Source of the DNA: Solirubrobacterales bacterium
Lineage (GTDB): Bacteria > Actinomycetota > Thermoleophilia > Solirubrobacterales > 70-9
Assembly (NCBI GenBank): GCA_035556755.1
Contig: DATMEP010000096.1
Span: 1,110-65,109 of the forward strand
Reading direction: 5' to 3'
DNA: 64,000 nt
Part shown: positions 55,242 to 63,039 of the stretch, piece after piece
Layout of the letters: each line of letters opens with the position of its first letter
Position numbering within the stretch: position 1 is the stretch's first letter
Program-made: the position numbers and the translations under genes
Notes under the pieces: model-generated
The model's input: the letters and a program-made list of their open reading frames with translations, nothing else
Database searches by the model: none
Told to the model about the DNA's origin: nothing

Positions 55242-57569
55242 GTGAGACAGCTTTCGATGTCCTGGCAGGGTAGCCGGGTCAAAGCAGGCGATACATTGTG
55301 GTTCGCATGCCTGGTATCCGCCTTTTTCTCAGCTGTATTTTTGGCGGTTTTTACTTCTTCTGCTTCTGCCGCTCCGGTTCCAGGCGATCCCTGCTCAAAT
55401 GGGGATATTCGGCTAGAACAGAACGTTGCCTTTCTTCCGGACTGCATGGCTATTGAGCTTGTCAGTCCGTCACGCAAGTTCAACCAGCGTGCCAACAATC
55501 CCCACGTTTCAGCCAACGGGCAACGCATTCGCTTTCTCTCGCCTGCTGGCTTGGCCGAAACGCCGGGTTTATTAGATCCATTTGGCGACCCATACGTTGC
55601 CACTCGTGGGCCATCCGGATGGGAAACCTTACCTACCTCTCCACCAGCCGGTTTCTTCTACGGATGGCGGAAAAACGCGGAGCCTCTCAGTTTCACGCCG
55701 GATTTCTCCAGTTGGTTTCAAATTGCAGCCACTCTGTCTCAGCGACAAATGGGTATAGCTCAAGTCTTTCAAGGGAGGCTAGATGGATCATTCTCACTAT
55801 TATTTCCGGCGTTGGTTCCGTTGGGCGGTGGTGTACCCCTAACCGTCGAAGCGAGTGATCTCCAGGGTGCGTCTGAAGATCACTCCCATCTCTACTTTCG
55901 CCCGGGGCCCAAGGCCGCTGGTGGTGCTGATCGTCTGACTTCCTATCTATCGGGCGATCCGAGTCCATCCGGACCGGGCGCCGACTACAATGTCTATGCT
56001 GTGGCTTTCACGCCTTCGGACGTGCCTTTCATTGTTCTTCTTTCGCGTGATGGAGAGGGGAAAGTATGGGGTGGTAATTGTGGCGCTCGTCTTGGCGGCA
56101 TAGGGGAGTTTGTGGGAGTCGGTCCGTTCCCTGCACCTAACGGAAATAGAAATCAACACGCCATTTCTACGGACGGTACTCGCGTGTACTTCTCTGCCCG
56201 TGCGGCTCAACCCGAATCCGGGCCCTGCACTGAAGCGAATAAACTACGTATTCTCAAGCGAATTGAGGCTCAAGACGGGCCATGGATCAGTCGCTTGCTT
56301 AAAGAGCCCTCCGGGGATTGCGATCGAGTAGCACCACCTTGTAGTGCAGCCGATGGTGATGACCTTTACCAAGGGGCGTCCATGGACGGCACTAAGGTTT
56401 ATTTCACTACCAATCGTACGGTTGCTGACTCCGATCTCGATGACAGCGCCTCCCAATGCAGTCTTACGATCGCTCAGCCCGGCTGCGACTTGTATCTTTA
56501 CGACTCCACGCTGCCCCCCGGTCAGCGGCTGATCCAGGTTTCGGCCGGTGAGACTGTCCCTGGGTTGCACGAAGCTGGTAAAGAAGCAAAGGTATTCAAT
56601 TCGGTCGCGGCAATTTCCGGAGACGGTTCTCACGTCTATTTCGCTGCCGAAAATGTTCTTACCTCAGATAAGAATCCCGAAGACGGCGAAGCGCAACCAG
56701 GCCAGCCGAACCTATACGTCTGGGATTCTGCGACTAAATCCCTTGCTTTCATCGGTGCCTTGGCGTCAGGTGATCAAGGTGCTCTCTGGGGTGGGGAAGG
56801 CACCTTCAAGAACAATGCCTATCCGGTGCCTGCAGTGGATGAGAATCTCGGTCAAATCGGGGGAGATGGGCATATCCTTCTTTTTCTCTCAAAAGCTCCC
56901 CTCACGGCAGATGACGGGGACGGCCTTAGTCGTGACCTATTCCGTTACGACGCAGAGTCTGAGCAGTTGGAGCGGATTTCGAAGGCGGTACCGGGAGGAA
57001 ACGACAACGGCGCGTTCGACGTGGCCTCGCGTGGCAATCCTTTTGTCCCTGGTACCGACTTTGCTGAGGACGGTCGATGGGCGAGTGAGGATGGTGAGAC
57101 CGTCGTTTTTTCAACTAACGAGACTCTCGTCCCAGACGGTATTGGTGGCGACGGTAACTCTTACCTCTGGCGGAGGGGGCAGTTGGTCCGCCTGCCGGGT
57201 GGCACTCCTGTTCTCTCCCATGACGGTTCTACGGCTGCCTTTACGACTCCAGCCCAGCTTCTGCCCGAGGATGGGGATTCAATCGGCGATGTTTACGCAG
57301 CTAGAGTGGAAGGGGGTTTTCGAAAACCGCCCCCTATACCGGTCTGCATACCCAACGGGAACGAGGGGTGTCAAGGTTCCTCTGATGCTGTCCCCAGCGT
57401 TCCCAGCGCTCAGGGGCTCGGGCTTTTAAGTCAGGGCAATGTAAAGCTGGACCCGGTGCGTAACTGCCCTCGCGGCAAGCGGAGGGTTCAGCGCAAAGGG
57501 AAAACTCGCTGCGTTAAGCGGCCAAATCACGAGAAACGAACCAGCCGCAAGCAGGGGGGCCAGCGATGA
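55242..57569 (+). CDS. Secreted seven-repeat (PD40/TolB-like propeller suspected) protein with a Cys + poly-basic C-terminal tail
   Basis: 775 aa with a signal peptide (..FLAVFTSSASA). There are seven spaced (S/G)xDG..(V/I/L).F units: SANGQRIRF, STDGTRVYF, SMDGTKVYF, SGDGSHVYF, GGDGHILLF, SEDGETVVF, SHDGSTAAF. The tail reads NCPRGKRRVQRKGKTRCVKRPNHEKRTSRKQGGQR. Confidence 0.75.
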   Translation: MRQLSMSWQGSRVKAGDTLWFACLVSAFFSAVFLAVFTSSASAAPVPGDPCSNGDIRLEQNVAFLPDCMAIELVSPSRKFNQRANNPHVSANGQRIRFLSPAGLAETPGLLDPFGDPYVATRGPSGWETLPTSPPAGFFYGWRKNAEPLSFTPDFSSWFQIAATLSQRQMGIAQVFQGRLDGSFSLLFPALVPLGGGVPLTVEASDLQGASEDHSHLYFRPGPKAAGGADRLTSYLSGDPSPSGPGADYNVYAVAFTPSDVPFIVLLSRDGEGKVWGGNCGARLGGIGEFVGVGPFPAPNGNRNQHAISTDGTRVYFSARAAQPESGPCTEANKLRILKRIEAQDGPWISRLLKEPSGDCDRVAPPCSAADGDDLYQGASMDGTKVYFTTNRTVADSDLDDSASQCSLTIAQPGCDLYLYDSTLPPGQRLIQVSAGETVPGLHEAGKEAKVFNSVAAISGDGSHVYFAAENVLTSDKNPEDGEAQPGQPNLYVWDSATKSLAFIGALASGDQGALWGGEGTFKNNAYPVPAVDENLGQIGGDGHILLFLSKAPLTADDGDGLSRDLFRYDAESEQLERISKAVPGGNDNGAFDVASRGNPFVPGTDFAEDGRWASEDGETVVFSTNETLVPDGIGGDGNSYLWRRGQLVRLPGGTPVLSHDGSTAAFTTPAQLLPEDGDSIGDVYAARVEGGFRKPPPIPVCIPNGNEGCQGSSDAVPSVPSAQGLGLLSQGNVKLDPVRNCPRGKRRVQRKGKTRCVKRPNHEKRTSRKQGGQR

Positions 57570-60500
57570 TTGAGATCTGCTACCGCAGCACTACCTTCTA
57601 CTACTACAACACTCAAGGCGTGATCCATGTTTTCTGGCTCGCTGGCTTCTTAACGGGACTTATCGCCGGCATCATTGGACTGAGCGTTAACCCGATGAAC
57701 GCCGTAGCGGTGCCCACCCTGGGTGCCTATATAGAAAAAGATGAGCTATCGGTTAGTAGAAGCGACGAAAGAATCAATTATACGGTGACCGTTGCTAATG
57801 TTGCCAGAGTTGTATCTGGGGCGGAACTCACCTGTAATCCCACTGCATGGGGAGGCTCTAGTCCGACGTTTAGTTTTCAATGGTTACGCAACGGGGTTGC
57901 TATTCCAGGAGCAGAAGCTTCCACCTATGGGCTACAGGCGGCAGACAACGGGCAAGTTATTCAATGTAGGGTAACTGCAACGAACACGGTTGTGGATATA
58001 GGCGGTGGTTTTGCCGGCTCTACCCGTGTAGCAAGTGGCTTTATCGTTGATCCCGTACCTTCCGCGGCACCTCCAATGACGGCCGGGACCCCCACCCTAA
58101 CGCTTAGTGTTGGCGGTTCACTAAATGTGGGAGGTGACCCGTCGGCTACGGCTCCACCAACGACTCTGACCTGTGCCACTGGACTCTGGCGCGGCGAACC
58201 GACGTTTAACTATCAGTGGTACCGCAATGGAATTCCGCTTTCTGGTAATGGTGCCGCTACGAACACCTACGCCGTCCAAGCCGCTGATGTTGCTACCAGT
58301 GCCACTTTTCAGTGCGCTGTGAAGGCAGCTAATGCCAGCGGCGCGGCGACGAAAGTATCTGCGAACCTTGCCACTAACCCGGCGCCCTCTCCTGTGGCTC
58401 CTAGCAATAACAACACGTTGTCCGTCTCAAGCATGAGCGAAACCAGCACCCCAATCAGCGGTGTTGTCAATGTGGAGGTTCATCTACCGGAGAGTGAAAG
58501 TACGTTCGCGTACAAAATCTTCAATGGAACGAATGAAGAAATTGCGCCTAGTGGCTGGACCTGTTCCTCCCAGCCCCCATCTGGTGGCCTTCAGGCAAAA
58601 GTTTCCTGCAATCGCGCCAATGCGTTAAATCCCGGTGCTCTCTATCCTCCAATCGCTATCGGCACCGCACTTGGAGACGATTTACCCAATGTCGCGATTG
58701 CTAGCGCTACAGTCTCTGGTGGCGGTGCGCCCCTAGCTGCGAGTGCGTTTAATGAATTTACTTTCACCCCACCGAGACTATTCGACATCACTGCGTTTGA
58801 AACCAAAGTTCCTAATGAAGGAGGGGTGGTTGAAGAGACTCAAGCTGGTGGCCACCCACTTGCCGCCAGGGCTACCTTTTCGTTCGCCAAAAAAAGGGTG
58901 TTGATCCCCCCTTCGGTACTTCCTGGTGATAGATATGCCCCGATGGGCCGGGCCAGGCTTATTGCCACCGACACTCCGCGTGGATTCGTTGGCAACGCTT
59001 TAGCTGTGCCTGAGCTATGTTCCTCGATGGAGGTGGTGCTGGCACAGACTTGTCCATCCGGCAGTGTGGTCGGCGGAGTGACCATTGACGGATTCGGTAC
59101 CAAGATCGAAAATATGCCAATTTACGCGATCGAGCCTGAATTTGGCGTTCCCGCTCAGTTTGCCTTTCCCCACAAACTGTCAGAGACGGTCTACACCTTT
59201 ACCCCACGCCTCCGGCCTGAGGATGGTTATGCAATAACGCTCGAATCTGCACCAGCGCTTGTTAATCCAGCTCTCCGCGATGTACAAGCCACGATTTGCG
59301 GATTTGGAGCGACCACGGGTGGGCCATTCAATGAATTCGTCAGCTGCAAGAAAGCGACGCAGATAGGAGCTAATCCCGTCCCCTTGGTCACGCTGCCGAC
59401 TCGATGCGCAGCAGAGCCACCTACCACGGTCCTTCGCGTGGACGCTTGGGAGAATCCTGGCGAGTTTGCAGTCAAAGAGTTTGAGGCGCCGGCTGTAACT
59501 GGTTGTGATGCGGTCGAATTCGAACCTGAGATCGAGTTAACTCCGACTTCCGTCCAGGCGGACTCCCCGACGGGATTGGATGTCTCGCTGACCATGCCCA
59601 CCGACGGTTTGGAGAGCCCTACTGGTATTTCCCAGGCAAATTTGAAGCGGGCCACCGTGACTCTGCCGGCCGGAATGGCGGTTAATGCGGCCGCTGGCCA
59701 TGGGCTCGCTGCCTGCACGGCCACCCAGGTCAAGATGAAGACCAATAACCCGATCGAGTGTCCGGATGGTTCGAAGATCGGGACGATCGCGATCGTCACG
59801 CCGCTGATTCAGGAAAAACTGACCGGATCGGTGTATATCGCGAAGCAAAATGACAATCCGTTCGACGAGATGATCGGCCTCTATATGGTCTTTGAGTCTG
59901 AGAAAGACGGGATCCTGATCAAGATTGCGGGCAAAGTGATCCCGGACCCGAAGACCGGTCAACTTGTCATCACCTTCGATGACAACCCGGAAGCGCCGTT
60001 TTCTAGCGTCGACCTTCATTTTGCCCAGGGACCACGTTCGCCCTTGCTCAATCCCCGTCGCTGCGGTGCCTATGAGATCAAAGCGGAGCTGACGCCCTGG
60101 AACGCTGCGGATCCCAATAACCCGACCGCAGAGGAGACGGTCGTCCAGACCTCTACCTTTGAGGTGACGGAGGGCCCGAATGGCGGTTCTTGTCCCGGTG
60201 GTGGCCTCGACCCGAAGCTGACCACCGGTTCGTCTAACCCGGTCGCTGGGGGCCATGGTTCGTTCCTAATGACCCTCAAGCGCGATGACGGTACCCAGCG
60301 CTTCACCGCTCTCGCCGTGACCGTTCCTACGGGTCTCACCGCAGACCTCAGAGGTATTCCGTACTGCCCAGACGCAGTGCTGGCGTCGATCCCCACGGCT
60401 GAGGAAACCGGCCAGGCTGAGATCGACAATCCATCCTGCCCGGCGGCCAGTCAGATCGGCACTTCCTCGGCAGGCGCCGGAGCTGGCCCCGATCCGTTCT

Positions 60501-61480
60501 ACGTCAATACCGGCAAGGCCTACCTCGCCGGTCCCTACAAAGGTGCGCCGCTGAGTCTGGCGCTGGTTGTCCCGGCGGTGGCTGGGCCGCTCGACCTCGG
60601 CAACGTGGTCGTGCGCACCGCCCTGTACATCAACCCGAAAACGGCCCAGATCACGGCCGTCTCGGACCCGATCCCGACCATCCTCCATGGCATCTTGCTC
60701 GACGTCAGGGACATTCGGGTGGCGATCGACCGGCCTAACTTCATCGTCAATCCAACTAATTGCGAACCGCTCTCGGCTGGCGCGACGGTGAAGGGAGATG
60801 AGGGCGCCACCGCCAATGTCTCCAGCCCGTTCCAAGTTGGAAATTGTGCCGGCCTTGGGTTTAAGCCAAAGGTTTCGCTGAGGCTTAAAGGCGGTACCAG
60901 GCGAGGCGACAATCCGGCTCTTACGGCTGTCCTGACGCCGCGGGCGGGTGACGCGAACGTTGCCAGGGCGGCTGTGACGCTGCCTCGGTCCGCCTTCCTG
61001 GACCAGGCGCACATAAGGACGGTCTGCACCCGGGTCCAGTTCGCGGCGGACCAGTGCCCGAAAGCGGCCATTTATGGCCGGGCCGTGGCGGAGACCCCGC
61101 TGCTCGACCAACCGCTCGCGGGCCCCGTCTACCTGCGCTCGTCCAGCAACCAACTGCCGGACCTGGTCGCCGACCTGAGGGGTCCTGCCCACCAGCCGAT
61201 CCAGGTCGAGGCGGCGTTCCGCACCGATTCGATCAGAGGTGGGATCAGGAGCACCCTCGACCTCGCCCCGGATGCCCCGGTGACCAAGTTCACGCTGAAG
61301 ATGCAGGGCGGCAAAAAGGGCCTGGTCGTCAACAGCCAGAACCTCTGCGCCAACGTCAACCGGGCCAACGTGCGGCTCAACGCACAGAATGGCCGCCGGT
61401 TCAACTCACGGCCAAAGGTCGTGGCGACGAACTGCGGCAAAGGGCGCTCGGGGAAACGCAAAGGCAAAAGGGCGCGCTAG
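57566..61480 (+). CDS. Giant N-terminally anchored protein with two Ig-like repeats, a ~1000-aa uncharacterised region and a Cys + poly-basic tail
   Basis: 1304 aa. The ATG overlaps the upstream stop (ATGA). There is an N-terminal TM (VFWLAGFLTGLIAGIIGLSV). Two C...W..(S/E)PTF.(F/Y)QW.RNG...G....TY..QAAD.....QC.V.A.N repeats follow. The tail reads NCGKGRSGKRKGKRAR. Confidence 0.8.
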   Translation: MIEICYRSTTFYYYNTQGVIHVFWLAGFLTGLIAGIIGLSVNPMNAVAVPTLGAYIEKDELSVSRSDERINYTVTVANVARVVSGAELTCNPTAWGGSSPTFSFQWLRNGVAIPGAEASTYGLQAADNGQVIQCRVTATNTVVDIGGGFAGSTRVASGFIVDPVPSAAPPMTAGTPTLTLSVGGSLNVGGDPSATAPPTTLTCATGLWRGEPTFNYQWYRNGIPLSGNGAATNTYAVQAADVATSATFQCAVKAANASGAATKVSANLATNPAPSPVAPSNNNTLSVSSMSETSTPISGVVNVEVHLPESESTFAYKIFNGTNEEIAPSGWTCSSQPPSGGLQAKVSCNRANALNPGALYPPIAIGTALGDDLPNVAIASATVSGGGAPLAASAFNEFTFTPPRLFDITAFETKVPNEGGVVEETQAGGHPLAARATFSFAKKRVLIPPSVLPGDRYAPMGRARLIATDTPRGFVGNALAVPELCSSMEVVLAQTCPSGSVVGGVTIDGFGTKIENMPIYAIEPEFGVPAQFAFPHKLSETVYTFTPRLRPEDGYAITLESAPALVNPALRDVQATICGFGATTGGPFNEFVSCKKATQIGANPVPLVTLPTRCAAEPPTTVLRVDAWENPGEFAVKEFEAPAVTGCDAVEFEPEIELTPTSVQADSPTGLDVSLTMPTDGLESPTGISQANLKRATVTLPAGMAVNAAAGHGLAACTATQVKMKTNNPIECPDGSKIGTIAIVTPLIQEKLTGSVYIAKQNDNPFDEMIGLYMVFESEKDGILIKIAGKVIPDPKTGQLVITFDDNPEAPFSSVDLHFAQGPRSPLLNPRRCGAYEIKAELTPWNAADPNNPTAEETVVQTSTFEVTEGPNGGSCPGGGLDPKLTTGSSNPVAGGHGSFLMTLKRDDGTQRFTALAVTVPTGLTADLRGIPYCPDAVLASIPTAEETGQAEIDNPSCPAASQIGTSSAGAGAGPDPFYVNTGKAYLAGPYKGAPLSLALVVPAVAGPLDLGNVVVRTALYINPKTAQITAVSDPIPTILHGILLDVRDIRVAIDRPNFIVNPTNCEPLSAGATVKGDEGATANVSSPFQVGNCAGLGFKPKVSLRLKGGTRRGDNPALTAVLTPRAGDANVARAAVTLPRSAFLDQAHIRTVCTRVQFAADQCPKAAIYGRAVAETPLLDQPLAGPVYLRSSSNQLPDLVADLRGPAHQPIQVEAAFRTDSIRGGIRSTLDLAPDAPVTKFTLKMQGGKKGLVVNSQNLCANVNRANVRLNAQNGRRFNSRPKVVATNCGKGRSGKRKGKRAR

Positions 61481-61539
61481 CGCCCGCAAAACTCGCGCGG
61501 CACGACCGCACAGCGGTAGCCCTGGCGCCGCGTTGAGAA

Positions 61540-61577
61540 GGCTCCGGCCGGACTTCCTTGCCCGTCCGGCCGGAGCC
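61540..61577 (+). terminator. Hairpin terminator after the 1304-aa gene
   Basis: ggctccggccgga / tccggccggagcc form a 13-bp perfect stem followed by gtgcttt (a weak T tract). Confidence 0.5.
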
Positions 61578-61710
61578 GTGCTTTAGAAGCCCGTCCGGCG
61601 GTGCATCTGCGCAGATTTGCATGGGTAAATTTGAGCATTTGACCCCGATCCTCTATGCATCGGAGTGCCCTCGCTGGGGGCATCCGACACAAGAAGGAAA
61701 GGGAGAGAAG

Positions 61711-62280
61711 ATGGGCATCAAGAGGATCATTCTGGTCGCAAGCATGGCGTTTGCTGCGATCGCAGTCGCGGGCCCGGCGTCCGCCTCGGCGCTCGAATGG
61801 ACAAAGCACAGCGCGCCGCTCGAAGCCAACGAGAAAATCGGGCTCACAGGCACCCTGGAACTGGTGATCCCGACGGGAGCGATGGACTGCGAGGTCCATG
61901 CAGAAGCCAAACTCACAGCGAATACCTCGACAGGTGAGGTGGAAAAAATCGAAATTACAACAAATACCTGTAAAGGCACAGGCAGCCTTACGAATTGTCA
62001 AGTCGTGAACGACACGGTGGCGGCTCTGCCGTGGACCATGCATATCACGGCTGCTCTGGAAATCACCATCACAGACATGACAATTACTCTCAACAACAAA
62101 GCGGGGACCGGCTGTCCCATTCCGGCGACCGTATTTCACATCCCGACCGTGACCGCGAAACCGGATTTCACCGAAGTTATAAGTAGCTTGGAATTGTCCG
62201 GGGCGGGTACAGGCGGCACCGGCATCACCATGAACGGATCACTGTCCGTGACTCCCAAAGCCACATACGGGGTCTTCTAG
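61711..62280 (+). CDS. Secreted 4-Cys beta-rich protein, island family paralog 3
   Basis: 189 aa from the ATG at 61711 with signal peptide MGIKRIILVASMAFAAIAVAGPASASA and motifs DCE, TTNTCKG, LPWTMHI, ITITDMTIT and SVTPKATYGVF. Confidence 0.8.
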   Translation: MGIKRIILVASMAFAAIAVAGPASASALEWTKHSAPLEANEKIGLTGTLELVIPTGAMDCEVHAEAKLTANTSTGEVEKIEITTNTCKGTGSLTNCQVVNDTVAALPWTMHITAALEITITDMTITLNNKAGTGCPIPATVFHIPTVTAKPDFTEVISSLELSGAGTGGTGITMNGSLSVTPKATYGVF

Positions 62281-62292
62281 TTCTCTGACGTC

Positions 62293-62330
62293 AAAAAGGC
62301 GCCGCCCTCGAATGGGGTGGCGCCTATTTT
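62293..62330. terminator. Bidirectional intrinsic terminator between convergent paralogs 3 and 4
   Basis: aaaaa-aggcgccgccc-tcgaat-ggggtggcgcct-atttt gives a ~11-bp stem with an A-run upstream and a T-run downstream. Confidence 0.65.
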
Positions 62331-62351
62331 GCTGTCGGCGTGGACCGTCGG

Positions 62352-62921
62352 TCAGTTCACGCCGTATGTGCCACTCGGCGTGATTTCCTGTGTGCCTGAT
62401 GCGATGGCGCCGTTTTCAGCAACGCCGGAGATGGATACGTCGCTAATTTCTTCCGGGTTGTCTGGCTGGTTTTCGACTTTTTTGAACGAGAGTTTGATTT
62501 CCTCGATTTCACATTCGCCGGGTTTGACTTCGAATGTGTAGTCGATTGTTGTATCTGTGATGACAAATCCGCCGCCCATTACGTGGGCAGGCCAGGGCAG
62601 ATTTGTGATTTTCTCTTCTTTCAGTTTGCATTTGGCCAGGAGGCCGCCGCCTTTGCATTTGTCTGTTGTGAATTCGTATTTGGTGACCGTGGTGACGCCG
62701 GCGTCGCTGATTGTGTAAATCAGGTGCGCTTCGCATTCATATGAGGCGATGCCTGGGATCTGGAAGCTGGCGGGCCCTGTGGCTTTGATCTCGACGTGTC
62801 CTTCGAGAGGATTGCCTTCGTGGGTCCATTCATCGGTTGCGGAGGCCGATGCCGGGATGGCCAGTGCGCTAAATGCCAGCAGGGCAAGCACGAACCGTTG
62901 AGCATTCTTGATGCCAATCAT
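62352..62921 (-). CDS. Secreted 4-Cys beta-rich protein, island family paralog 4
   Basis: 189 aa with a signal peptide ..FVLALLAFSALAIPASASA and motifs YECE, TTDKCKG, LPWPAHV, VITDTTID and ITPSGTYGVN. Confidence 0.8.
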   Translation of the reverse strand: MIGIKNAQRFVLALLAFSALAIPASASATDEWTHEGNPLEGHVEIKATGPASFQIPGIASYECEAHLIYTISDAGVTTVTKYEFTTDKCKGGGLLAKCKLKEEKITNLPWPAHVMGGGFVITDTTIDYTFEVKPGECEIEEIKLSFKKVENQPDNPEEISDVSISGVAENGAIASGTQEITPSGTYGVN

Positions 62922-63039
62922 GATGTTCCTTTCTCGTTTGTTCGAGTCTCCGTTTGGCGGAGACCATTAGACGAGAAAAGTTTAGTTTTCAGTTGTCAAC
63001 CCACACAACTAAGAAAGCGCATATTTGCGCGGGTTCAGC

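Noticed and set aside
62938-62952. gtttgttcgagtctcc near the right island edge as a direct repeat of the tRNA-Ser 3' end (gggttcgaatccc), i.e. an attR
   Set aside because: Only about 9 of 11 positions match and the match does not extend into the acceptor stem. This is too weak to call an att site. The segment also forms part of the paralog-4 leader hairpin.
53066-63035. Integrase, recombinase, transposase or conjugation genes that would make the tRNA-Ser island a classical integrative element
   Set aside because: None of the ORFs of 60 aa or more in this interval shows such motifs. The island is therefore described only as compositionally foreign, not as an identifiable mobile element.
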